Origin: Holophagales bacterium UBA5066
GTDB taxonomy: Bacteria > Acidobacteriota > Thermoanaerobaculia > UBA5066
NCBI GenBank assembly: GCA_002414905.1
Contig: DIAY01000022.1
Coordinates: 1-50,677, forward strand
Reading direction: 5' to 3'
Length of the DNA stretch: 50,677 nucleotides
Positions within the stretch are counted from its first letter, which is position 1, and every line of letters begins with the position of its first letter. Below, one piece after another: positions 8,747 through 17,118 of this stretch. The notes beneath the pieces are model-generated. The model did no database searches and was not told the DNA's origin. It saw nothing but the letters and a program-made list of their open reading frames with translations. The translations under genes and the position numbers were made by a program.

Positions 8747-11050
8747 TTACTTCTTCAGTCCCGTCAGGCCCGCCCAGCGACGGTCGACCCCGGGAGCCGG
8801 CGGCGCCGGGCGCGGCGCGGGCATGGGCGGGGACGTTCTCGGGCCGGCGGGGCGCGGCGCAGGAGGGGCGGCCGGCTCGCCGAGCCGCATCGTCAGAGAG
8901 ATCCTCTGCCTGGGAAGGTCGACCGTGAGGACCTTCACCTGCACCCGGTCACCGGGACTCACCACCTCACTCGGGTCCTTCACGAAGCGCGTCGAGGAGA
9001 GCTGCGAGATGTGGACGAGGCCGTCCTGGTGGACACCGACGTCGACGAACGCCCCGAAGTTCGTGACGTTCGTGACGATGCCGGGACAGACCATTCCTTC
9101 CTTCAGGTCGGAGACCTGGTTCACGCCATCGAGGAACGAGAACGGTACGAAGCCCTCTCGCGGGTCGCGGCCCGGCTTCTCGAGCTCCTTGACGACGTCG
9201 TCGAAGGTGAAGGCCCCGAGAGTTTCCTTCAGCCCTTTCGACCCCTTCACGAGGGCCACGCCCGGCCCGACGAGATCGGCCACCTTCTTCCCGAGCCCGG
9301 CGGCGAACGTTTCGAGGGCTTCGTACCTCTCGGGATGGACTCCGGTGTTGTCGAGCGGGTTCTCACCGCCCGCGATGCGCAGGAACCCCGCCGCCTGCTC
9401 GAACGTCTTCTTCGAGAAGCGCGGCACCTCCAGCAGCTCGGGCCGCGCCGAAAAGAGCCCCTTCGTCTCGCGCCGCGCCACGATCGCCTTGCCGAGCGCC
9501 GGCCCGATTCCCGAGACGTGGGCCAGCAGGTGCGGCGAGGCGGTGTTCAGGTTCACGCCGACCTGGTTCACGGCCGAGTCGACGACGATGTCGAGCTTCT
9601 TCTTCAGCGCGTGGGGCGACACGTCGTGCTGGTACTGCCCGACGCCGATCGACTTCGGGTCGACCTTCACGAGCTCGGCGAGAGGGTCCTGGAGCCGCCG
9701 CGCGATGGAGATTGCCCCACGGATCGTCAGGTCGAGGTCGGGGAACTCCTCGCGGGCCGTATCGCTCGCGCTGTAGATCGACGCTCCCGACTCGTTCACG
9801 AGAACGACCGGCACGTCGAGCCCCGCCTCTCGCAGCGCCTCGCGAACGAACGCCTCCGCCTCCCGCCCGCCCGTCCCGTTCCCCACCGCCACGCAGCGGA
9901 TCGCGGCCGTCCGGACACTCTCCACGAGCGTCCGCCGCGCCCGTTCGCGCGACTCGTCCCCTTGAAGGTGGATCACCGTCGAGGCGACGTACTTCCCCGA
10001 ACCGTCGACGACGGCCAGCTTGCAGCCGGTCCGAAGCCCCGGGTCGACGCCGAGGACCGCCTTCGGCCCGAACGGCGCGGCGAGGAGGACCTTGCGGACG
10101 TTCTCCGCGAAAACGTGGATCGCCGCCTCGTCGGCCACGTCCTTCAGCGCCTTGTGGACCTCGGCCTCGATCGAGAGGAGGACGTGCGCCTTCAGCGCGA
10201 AGCGGGCGGCCTTCTTCAGGAACGGCTGCGCGGGCGTGGCCGCCCCGGCGCCCGCCGCCCGCTCGAATTCGGCGAGGAGCCGCTCCTCGAAGCCGGGATG
10301 CTTCGGAGCGTCGCCGAGCGAGAGCGTCAGCTCCTTCTCCAGCCAGCCGCGGCGCATCGCGAGGTAACGGTGTGACGCCTCCGGCTTCAGGAGGGAGGCG
10401 ACCGAATCGCGGAACTCGAAGTACATCTCGTACTTGCTCGCGGCCTTTGGCTCCTCCCCCTTCCCCGAGGAAAGGCCGCCCCGCTCGAACGCCTCGCGGC
10501 GGACGTGCTGCCGCAGCTCCTCGGTCTCCGAGAGCCTTTCGACGAGGATCTCGACGGCCCCCTGCAGCACCGCGGGAACCTCGGCGAAACCGGCCTCCGG
10601 ATTGAGGAAAGCCCCGGCCTTCGCCTCGGGCGCTTCGGACACCGCGCCGCCCTGGCCGACGTCCCAGAGCCAGTCGGCGAGGGGCTGAAGTCCGGCCTCG
10701 CGGGCGATCACGGCCTTCGTCTTCCGCTTCTTCTTGTACGGCAGATAGAGGTCCTCGAGCGTCGCGAGGTCGAAGGTCGCGAGGAGACGCGCCTTCAGCT
10801 CAGGGGTCAGCTTCCCCTGCGCTTCGATCTCGCCGGTGACGAACGTCTGCCGCTTGACGACCTCGTCCCACGTCTCTTTCGCGTCGAGAATGGCGAGGAC
10901 TGCGACCTCGTCGAGCCCCCCCGTAGCCTCTTTTCGGTAGCGTGCGATGAAGGGGACGGTGGCCCCCTCGGCGCCGAGAGCGAGGACGGCGGCGGCGGAA
11001 CGGGGAGGGATGCCGGGGTGTTTCTCTTTGAACCAGGTTTCGAAGTTCAC
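8747..11050 (-). CDS. tex: Tex-like transcription accessory protein (YqgF/HhH/S1 domains)
   Basis: 767 aa. N-terminal TVPFIARYRKEATGGLDE signature, a central RuvC-like region (LGVDPGLRTGCKLAVVD), and a C-terminal S1 domain (GMVCPGIVTNVTNFGAFVDVGVHQDGLVHISQL) followed by a Pro-rich tail. Confidence 0.9.
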   Translation of the reverse strand: MNFETWFKEKHPGIPPRSAAAVLALGAEGATVPFIARYRKEATGGLDEVAVLAILDAKETWDEVVKRQTFVTGEIEAQGKLTPELKARLLATFDLATLEDLYLPYKKKRKTKAVIAREAGLQPLADWLWDVGQGGAVSEAPEAKAGAFLNPEAGFAEVPAVLQGAVEILVERLSETEELRQHVRREAFERGGLSSGKGEEPKAASKYEMYFEFRDSVASLLKPEASHRYLAMRRGWLEKELTLSLGDAPKHPGFEERLLAEFERAAGAGAATPAQPFLKKAARFALKAHVLLSIEAEVHKALKDVADEAAIHVFAENVRKVLLAAPFGPKAVLGVDPGLRTGCKLAVVDGSGKYVASTVIHLQGDESRERARRTLVESVRTAAIRCVAVGNGTGGREAEAFVREALREAGLDVPVVLVNESGASIYSASDTAREEFPDLDLTIRGAISIARRLQDPLAELVKVDPKSIGVGQYQHDVSPHALKKKLDIVVDSAVNQVGVNLNTASPHLLAHVSGIGPALGKAIVARRETKGLFSARPELLEVPRFSKKTFEQAAGFLRIAGGENPLDNTGVHPERYEALETFAAGLGKKVADLVGPGVALVKGSKGLKETLGAFTFDDVVKELEKPGRDPREGFVPFSFLDGVNQVSDLKEGMVCPGIVTNVTNFGAFVDVGVHQDGLVHISQLSSTRFVKDPSEVVSPGDRVQVKVLTVDLPRQRISLTMRLGEPAAPPAPRPAGPRTSPPMPAPRPAPPAPGVDRRWAGLTGLKK

Positions 11051-11141
11051 GCCGGATGATCGCAGAGCCCGGGGGAACCGGGGGAGCCGTCACGCGAGGT
11101 CTCGCCAGCGACGATCGACGTCGGCCTCTCTACCGCACGGG

Positions 11142-14100
11142 TCACGGGATCCGGGCGCCGGCCCGGACGATCTCGAGGATCCGCGCGCCATAGCGCTCCA
11201 TGCGCGAGGGGCCGATACCGCCGATGGCGGCGAGCTCGGACTCGGAACGAGGCTTTCGCGCCGCGATGTCGAGGAGCGTCAGGTCGGTCAGGACCCGGAA
11301 AGCCGGCTGGCGGTGCTTCTTCGCCTCCTCGAGGCGCCAGCGGCGGAGCGCGTCGACGAGCGCAGGGAGCGCTCCCGGCGCCTCGGGCCCGGCCTTCGGC
11401 TTCCCCTTGGCCCGGCTTCCCCGGTGAGCGGCCGCCGCCGCTGGCTTCGGAAGGGCGGACCTCTTCGGGAGAGCGGCCTTCCCGCGCTTCTTTCTCGCGG
11501 CGGTGGTCGGCGGAACGGCCACGCGAGCATCGATCGCCGCTCCGGGCCGGCTCCCTTCGCCCGTGAGGAAGACGCGGCGGAAGCGGATGATCCGCCCGTC
11601 CTTCTCGAACTCGTCGTCCTCGATCCGTGCGAGGGTCGCGCGCACGAGGCCGCCGAGGAGCTCTTCGAACTCCCTGCGGTCCACGGCCGGAAACTGCCTC
11701 GCGACCTCCGTGTGAAGTTGCCCCGTCGTCTGGCCGTCCCGTGAGCGGAGGAGCTCGAGGGCACGCCGGAGCGCGGCCTCCTCCATCGGGCTCGTCCGGC
11801 GTGTCTTCGTGGCGATTCCTTTGCCGGGAGCGCAGACGTCGCACTGTCCGCAAGGGGCGCCGTCGTCCTCCTCGTCGCCGAAATGCCTCACCAGCTGAAG
11901 CATCCGGCAGATCGGTCCGTCGGCGAAGCGGCGCATCAGGACGAGCTGCGTCTTGCGATGCTCGCGCTGCTCTTCGTAGGCCCGCTGCCAGCCCTCCTTC
12001 CCGCGCGACACGTCGCCCTCGGGAGTGACGACGGCGCCGCCGAACGTCCAGAGCTTCTCGAGCGCCTTCTGGAAAACGTCCGGGTCGAGCGAGACTGCGG
12101 CCTGGAGGCCCTCCGTCGGGATCGGGTCATCCTTCAGGACGCGAAACAGCTCCTCGACGACGGACGTTTCGGGGTAGTCGCGCCCGAGGAAGAACTCGTG
12201 CGTTCGGATGTCGCCGTACGACTGCAGGAGAACGGCCCGCGCCGGGAGACCGTCCCGTCCCGCACGGCCGATTTCCTGGTAGTACCCCTCCACGCTCCCC
12301 GGCAGTCCCGTGTGGATCACCGTCCTCACGTTTGCCTTGTCGATCCCCATCCCGAACGCGATCGTCGCGACGATGACGTCCGCCCGCCCCTCGAGAAACC
12401 GGGCCTGCACGTCGTCGCGGTCCCTCGCGGTCATGCCCGCGTGGTAGGCCACCGCGCGCAGGTCGCGCTTCAGCTCCCCCGCCAGCGACGTCGCCTCCTT
12501 CCGCGTCGGCGTGTAGACGATGGCGGGACGCCGGGCCTCGTCGGCGAGGATCGCCTTCACCAGCTCGCCCCGCCGGCTGGGCGGCACCTCGGCCACCTCC
12601 ACCGCGAGGTTCGTGCGGCGGAATCCGTGGATGAAGCGTCCTGCGTTCACGAGCCCGAGCTGGGCGCGGACGTCGTCCTGCACCCGCGGCGTCGCCGTCG
12701 CCGTCAGGGCGATGACGGGCGCCGGGCGCAGGAGCGGGAGCCTCGACCCGAGGAGCCGGTAGTCCGGCCTGAAATCGTGCCCCCAGTGCGAGATGCAGTG
12801 GGCCTCGTCGACGGCGACGAGGGCCGGGGTTCTCTTCGCGAGCATCTCCGGGAAGCCCGGTACCGACAGCCGCTCGGGGGCGATGAAGAGGAAGTCGAGC
12901 CTGCCCGCGAGGTAGTCGAGGCAGACCTGACGTGACGCCGACCGGTCGCGCCCCGAGTGGATCCGCTCGGCCGAGAGTCCGAGCGCCTGCATCTTCGCCA
13001 CCTGGTCTTCCATGAGCGCGATGAGGGGCGAGACGACGAGCGTCGTCCCTGCACGGGCAAGACCCGGCAGCTGGTAGCAGAGCGACTTGCCTGCCCCCGT
13101 CGGCATGACGAGCAGGGCGTCGCGCCCCTCGACGACGGCCCGGCAGACCGCCTCCTGAAAGGGGCGAAACGCGTCGTGTCCGAAGACCCCCTTCAGCAGC
13201 TCACCGAGCCGGTCCGCGGGTACCGGCACCCGCGCCGCCCGCATCGGCCGCACCCCGCCGGCACCCGCCGAAGCGGAAAGAGGCCTGGCACCGGCTGCCG
13301 TGGCGGCTCCCGTGCCAGACGAGCGATCGCCACCTACGGCGCCTGTGGCGCCAGGCGTGCGACGACCTGCGTTGCCAGGCGTGCGATCGGCGGCCACGGT
13401 GTCCGCGGCTCCATTGCCAGCGGCTCCAGTGCCAGGCGTGCAATCGTGTATTACGTCCGTAATACACGATTGCACGCCTGGCACCAGGACGGGGGTGTCA
13501 ACTGCTCCATGAGCGCGTGTGGTGCTCCGGAAGGCTTCGCCCACGACCTCCCTCACGTATTCCTCGATCCCGTTCATGAAGGTCTCGAGGCGTCCGTCGC
13601 CCTTCTGCAGGCGGGCGAGCCCGGCTTCCCATCGCCCCGTCAGAGCCGGGCTCTTCACCGAGTCGGGGACGAGAGCGATGAGGCGGATTCCCTTGTCGGT
13701 CGCCGAGAAGGCCTTCCCGTTCCGCTCCGCGTAGCCGCGCGTCAGGAGCGTCTCGAGAATCTCCGCTCTCGTGGCAGGAGTCCCGAGACCGTTCTCCTTC
13801 ATCGCGTCGGCGAGCTCCTTCTCGTCGAGCGTCCGTCCCGCGGTCTCCATTGCGGTCAGAAGCGTCGCGTCGGTGAAGCGCTTCGGAGGACGCGTCTTCC
13901 TTTCGACGGCCGCCACGCCGGCCACCGTCTTCCGCTGCCCCCGGGCAAGCCCCGGCGGCAGCTCGGCCTCCTCGCGCTCGTCGTCCTTCTTCCGTGAGAC
14001 CGGCTCGGGCTCCACTGCCTTCCACCCGGCCGCGACGACCATCGTCCCGCTCGAGCGGAAGCGGTCGACGACGCCGGCGGAGCGGATCGGTCCGGGCGTG

Positions 14101-15431
14101 CGCTCCTCCGGCACTCCCTCGGGCGCTGCAGTGCCCGTTCCGCGCCGGACCGCCGTCACGACCGCCGTCGTCGCGGCCACGTGCTCGTCGTGCCAGGCCG
14201 CGAGGAGCCGCCGAACCACGAGTTCGTAGAGCGCCCGTTCCTCCCGGTCGAGATCCCGCGGTGCGGTGGGCGTCGGGATGATGGCGTGGTGATCGCTCAC
14301 CTTCGCGTCATCCACGAAGCGTCCGCCAAGCGGCGTCTCGCCGGTCCCCGTCGCGAAGAACTTTCCCCACTCCGGCCCGAGGGCTTGCACCACTCTCGGC
14401 AGCGTCGCAGCCACGTCACGCGAGAGGTGACGGCTGTCGGTCCGCGGATAGGTGATTGCCTTCCTGCCCTCGTAGAGGCGCTGCGCCACCTCGAGCGTTT
14501 TCTTCGCGCTCCATCCGAGGAGCCGGTTCGCGTGGCGCTGGAGCTCGGTCAGGTCGAACAGGAGCGGAGGCGGAAGCCGTCGCGTCTTCGACTCGACCGA
14601 CTCGACCGCCGCCTCGCCCGAGGTCACGCGCGCGACGATCGCGGCGGCGGCCGCGCCATCCACCGGAAGACGCTTCCCGCCGTCTTCCTTCTTCGCCGGG
14701 TCGAACCACGTCCCGCCGTATCGCCCCGTCTCTCCCGTAAACGTCGCGATGACCTCGAGGTACTCCTCGGGGACGAAGTCGCGGATCGCCAGCTCCCGCT
14801 CGACGAGCATCGCGAGCGTCGGCGTCTGGACGCGCCCCACCGAGAGCTTCTCGTCCGTGGCGAGCGTGAAGGCGCGGGAGAAGTTCATTCCGACGAGCCA
14901 GTCGGCCCGGCTCCTCCCGCGTGCCGCGTCGGCGAGCCGGTCGTAGTCCTTCGCCGGCCTGAGGCGCGCCAGGCCGTCGCGGATCGCCTCGGGCGTCAGC
15001 GACGAGATCCAGAGCCGCTTCACCGGCTTCGTGCAGCCGGCCGCCTCGTAGAGCTGCCGGAAGATCAGCTCACCCTCCCGCCCCGCGTCCGTCGCGCAGA
15101 CGACATCCGTCACCCGCGGGTCGGCGAGCACCTTCCGTACCGCCTCGAATTGCTCCTTCACGCGTTCCTGGACGACGAGGGGCCACACCTGCGGCAGGAT
15201 CGGCAGCTGGTCGCGCCGCCAGCTCTGCCACTCCGGGCGCATCTGCCCCGGCTCGGCCAGCGCGACGAGGTGCCCGATGGCCCAGGTCACGACGTGCCCC
15301 GGTCCGCTCAGGCAGCCCGTTCCCCTCCGGGTCGCTCCGAGCACCGCCGCGATGTCGCGCGCGACGGAAGGCTTCTCGGCGACGACAGCGACGAAGGCGG
15401 GCTCAGGCATGCGCGATGCAGTATCCGACAC
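11142..15431 (-). CDS. Fusion protein: DNA topoisomerase III (type IA) N-terminal module plus RecQ-family helicase with HRDC C-terminal module
   Basis: Single uninterrupted 1429-codon frame. Topo III motifs: AEKPSVARDIA, TWAIGHL, DAGREGE, GRVQTPTL, active-site ITYPRTDSRHL, HHAIIPT. RecQ motifs: FRPFQ, PTGAGKSLCYQLP, DEAHCISHWGHDFRPDY, ALTATAT, FGMGIDK, QEIGRAGRDG, and the Cys cluster CRM..CGQCDVC. The C-terminal segment is HRDC-like (FRVLTDLTLLDIAARKP...IGGIGPSRMERYG). An in-frame internal ATG at 13244 precedes the RecQ module. Confidence 0.85.
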   Translation of the reverse strand: MSDTASRMPEPAFVAVVAEKPSVARDIAAVLGATRRGTGCLSGPGHVVTWAIGHLVALAEPGQMRPEWQSWRRDQLPILPQVWPLVVQERVKEQFEAVRKVLADPRVTDVVCATDAGREGELIFRQLYEAAGCTKPVKRLWISSLTPEAIRDGLARLRPAKDYDRLADAARGRSRADWLVGMNFSRAFTLATDEKLSVGRVQTPTLAMLVERELAIRDFVPEEYLEVIATFTGETGRYGGTWFDPAKKEDGGKRLPVDGAAAAAIVARVTSGEAAVESVESKTRRLPPPLLFDLTELQRHANRLLGWSAKKTLEVAQRLYEGRKAITYPRTDSRHLSRDVAATLPRVVQALGPEWGKFFATGTGETPLGGRFVDDAKVSDHHAIIPTPTAPRDLDREERALYELVVRRLLAAWHDEHVAATTAVVTAVRRGTGTAAPEGVPEERTPGPIRSAGVVDRFRSSGTMVVAAGWKAVEPEPVSRKKDDEREEAELPPGLARGQRKTVAGVAAVERKTRPPKRFTDATLLTAMETAGRTLDEKELADAMKENGLGTPATRAEILETLLTRGYAERNGKAFSATDKGIRLIALVPDSVKSPALTGRWEAGLARLQKGDGRLETFMNGIEEYVREVVGEAFRSTTRAHGAVDTPVLVPGVQSCITDVIHDCTPGTGAAGNGAADTVAADRTPGNAGRRTPGATGAVGGDRSSGTGAATAAGARPLSASAGAGGVRPMRAARVPVPADRLGELLKGVFGHDAFRPFQEAVCRAVVEGRDALLVMPTGAGKSLCYQLPGLARAGTTLVVSPLIALMEDQVAKMQALGLSAERIHSGRDRSASRQVCLDYLAGRLDFLFIAPERLSVPGFPEMLAKRTPALVAVDEAHCISHWGHDFRPDYRLLGSRLPLLRPAPVIALTATATPRVQDDVRAQLGLVNAGRFIHGFRRTNLAVEVAEVPPSRRGELVKAILADEARRPAIVYTPTRKEATSLAGELKRDLRAVAYHAGMTARDRDDVQARFLEGRADVIVATIAFGMGIDKANVRTVIHTGLPGSVEGYYQEIGRAGRDGLPARAVLLQSYGDIRTHEFFLGRDYPETSVVEELFRVLKDDPIPTEGLQAAVSLDPDVFQKALEKLWTFGGAVVTPEGDVSRGKEGWQRAYEEQREHRKTQLVLMRRFADGPICRMLQLVRHFGDEEDDGAPCGQCDVCAPGKGIATKTRRTSPMEEAALRRALELLRSRDGQTTGQLHTEVARQFPAVDRREFEELLGGLVRATLARIEDDEFEKDGRIIRFRRVFLTGEGSRPGAAIDARVAVPPTTAARKKRGKAALPKRSALPKPAAAAAHRGSRAKGKPKAGPEAPGALPALVDALRRWRLEEAKKHRQPAFRVLTDLTLLDIAARKPRSESELAAIGGIGPSRMERYGARILEIVRAGARIP
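13312..13484. repeat. REP/MITE-like palindromic repeat inside the TopoIII-RecQ linker
   Basis: Perfect 26-bp inverted repeat GTGCCAGGCGTGCAATCGTGTATTAC (13429-13454) / GTAATACACGATTGCACGCCTGGCAC (13459-13484) with a 4-nt loop. It is preceded by four degenerate direct half-sites (GTGCCAGACGAGCG, GCGCCAGGCGTGCGA, TTGCCAGGCGTGCGA, TTGCCAGCGGCTCC). The same family occurs at 15467-15577. Confidence 0.85.
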
Positions 15432-15466
15432 GCGCGGCAGGAAGAGTCACGGGGCAGGCGGAGAGA

Positions 15467-15604
15467 GGAGCCGTGCCGGACGAGCCGTGCCAGGCGTGCA
15501 ACCGTGTATTGCGGAGGAGCCGTGCCAAGCGTGCAACCGTGTATTGTGTTCAACAATACACGGTTGCACGCCTGGCACGATCTTCAGATGGCACGATCTT
15601 CAGA
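15467..15604. repeat. Second copy of the same palindromic repeat family, plus a 16-bp tandem duplication
   Basis: Two direct units GCCGTGCCA(G/A)GCGTGCAACCGTGTATTG (15484-15511 and 15519-15546), then an inverted unit CAATACACGGTTGCACGCCTGGCAC (15553-15577). This forms an approximately 25-bp hairpin. It is followed by TGGCACGATCTTCAGA twice (15573-15588 and 15589-15604); the second copy contains the trpB2-like stop codon. Confidence 0.85.
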
Positions 15605-16967
15605 CCTTCACGTCCGGCAGGTGCTTCATCGCCTCTTCCACCGCGTGGTCGGGGTATTCGAAATCCTCGAGGAGGCCGTGGTGGTAGCTCTGGTAGGCGG
15701 TCATGTCGAAGTGACCGTGGCCGGAGAGGTTGAAGGCGATGACCTTCTTCTCACCCGTCTCGCGGCACTTCAGCGCCTCGTCTATCGCGGCGCGGATGGC
15801 GTGAGCCGACTCGGGCGCCGGGATGATCCCCTCGGCCTTCGAGAACGTCACGGCCGCTTCGAACGTCTCCATCTGGCGCGCCGTCCTCGCTTCGATGTGG
15901 CCGCTCGCCACGAGCGCGCTCACCGTGGGGGCCATCCCGTGATAGCGCAGCCCGCCCGCATGGATTCCCGGCGGCATGAACGTGTGCCCGAGCGTGTACA
16001 TCTTCACGATCGGCGCCATCGCGGCCGTGTCGCCGTAGTCGAACGTGTAGCGCCCCTTCGTCAGCGTGGGGCACGAGGCCGGCTCCACAGCCACGACGCG
16101 GGTCGTCTTCCCCTCGGTCAGGTTGCGGTGAATGAACGGAAACGTGAAGCCCGCGAAGTTCGACCCGCCCCCCGCACAGGCGATGACGACGTCGGGGTAC
16201 TCGCCCGCCATCTCCATCTGCTCGAGCGCCTCGAGGCCGATGACCGTCTGGTGCATCATCACGTGCCCCAGGACCGAGCCGAGGCTGTACTTCTTCTTCC
16301 CGCCGCTCGTGGCGGCTGTCTCCACCGCCTCGGAGATGGCGACGCCGAGAGAGCCGGGCGAGTTTTCGTCCTGCTCGAGCATCTGCCTTCCGAAACGCGT
16401 CCTCTCGGACGGGCTCGCGAAGACGTTGGCGCCGTAGTTCTCCATGATGATCCGGCGGTACGGCTTCTGGTGGTAGGAGACGCGCACCATGAAGACCTCG
16501 AGGTCGAGGTCGAAGAAGCTGCACGCCATCGCCAGCGCCGTGCCCCACTGCCCCGCGCCCGTCTCGGTCGTCAGCGCCTTCGTTCCGGCCTCCTTGTTGT
16601 AGAAGGCCTGCGGCACGGCGGTGTTGGCCTTGTGCGAGCCGACGGGGCTGACGCTCTCGTTCTTGAAGTAGATGTGCGCGGGCGTGTCGAGCGCCTTCTC
16701 CAGCCGCAACGCCCGGATCATCGGCGTCGGGCGCCAGAGTCGATAGATCTCCCGGACGGGCTCGGGCACCTCGACCCAGCGCTCCGGTGTGACCTCCTGC
16801 ATCACGATGTTCATCGGGAAGAGGACGGAGAGAAAGTCCGGCGTGACCGGTTCCATCGTTACCGGATGAAGGACTGGAGCCGGCGGCGACGGCAGGTCGG
16901 CGTTCACGTTGTACCAGGCCTTCGGAATCCGGGACTCGTCGAGCAGGAACCGGCTGCGGTCGGACAT
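15600..16967 (-). CDS. TrpB-like PLP-dependent enzyme (tryptophan synthase beta, TrpB2 type)
   Basis: Start set to ATG 16967 (MSDRSRFLLDESRIPKAWYN), preceded by GGAGGAG. The track ORF extends to 17270, but that extension is Ser/Pro/Arg junk. Motifs: PLP-lysine region SVSPVGSHKANTA, TETGAGQWGTALA, GGGSNFAG. The N-terminal extension and approximately 455-aa size fit the TrpB2 subfamily. Confidence 0.9.
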   Translation of the reverse strand: MSDRSRFLLDESRIPKAWYNVNADLPSPPAPVLHPVTMEPVTPDFLSVLFPMNIVMQEVTPERWVEVPEPVREIYRLWRPTPMIRALRLEKALDTPAHIYFKNESVSPVGSHKANTAVPQAFYNKEAGTKALTTETGAGQWGTALAMACSFFDLDLEVFMVRVSYHQKPYRRIIMENYGANVFASPSERTRFGRQMLEQDENSPGSLGVAISEAVETAATSGGKKKYSLGSVLGHVMMHQTVIGLEALEQMEMAGEYPDVVIACAGGGSNFAGFTFPFIHRNLTEGKTTRVVAVEPASCPTLTKGRYTFDYGDTAAMAPIVKMYTLGHTFMPPGIHAGGLRYHGMAPTVSALVASGHIEARTARQMETFEAAVTFSKAEGIIPAPESAHAIRAAIDEALKCRETGEKKVIAFNLSGHGHFDMTAYQSYHHGLLEDFEYPDHAVEEAMKHLPDVKV

Positions 16968-17118
16968 CGTCTCCTCCAGACGGCGGATTCTGCGCCTGCG
17001 GCAGACGCCGCGCTCCTCCTTCGCCGCGAAGGGATCGTTCAGGAACGCACGGGTCAGCGGGACGGCAGCCCCTGCTCGTCGAGCCCCCGGGGCGGGCCCG
17101 GGGTCCTCCTGCCGCGCC

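Noticed and set aside
13312-13430. Possible CRISPR-like array, because of the reiterated GCCAGGCGTGCGA-type units
   Set aside because: The units are only about 13-19 nt, degenerate, irregularly spaced by 5-15 nt, and sit inside an open reading frame. There are no cas genes in the window. This is better explained as a REP/BIME-like half-site cluster.
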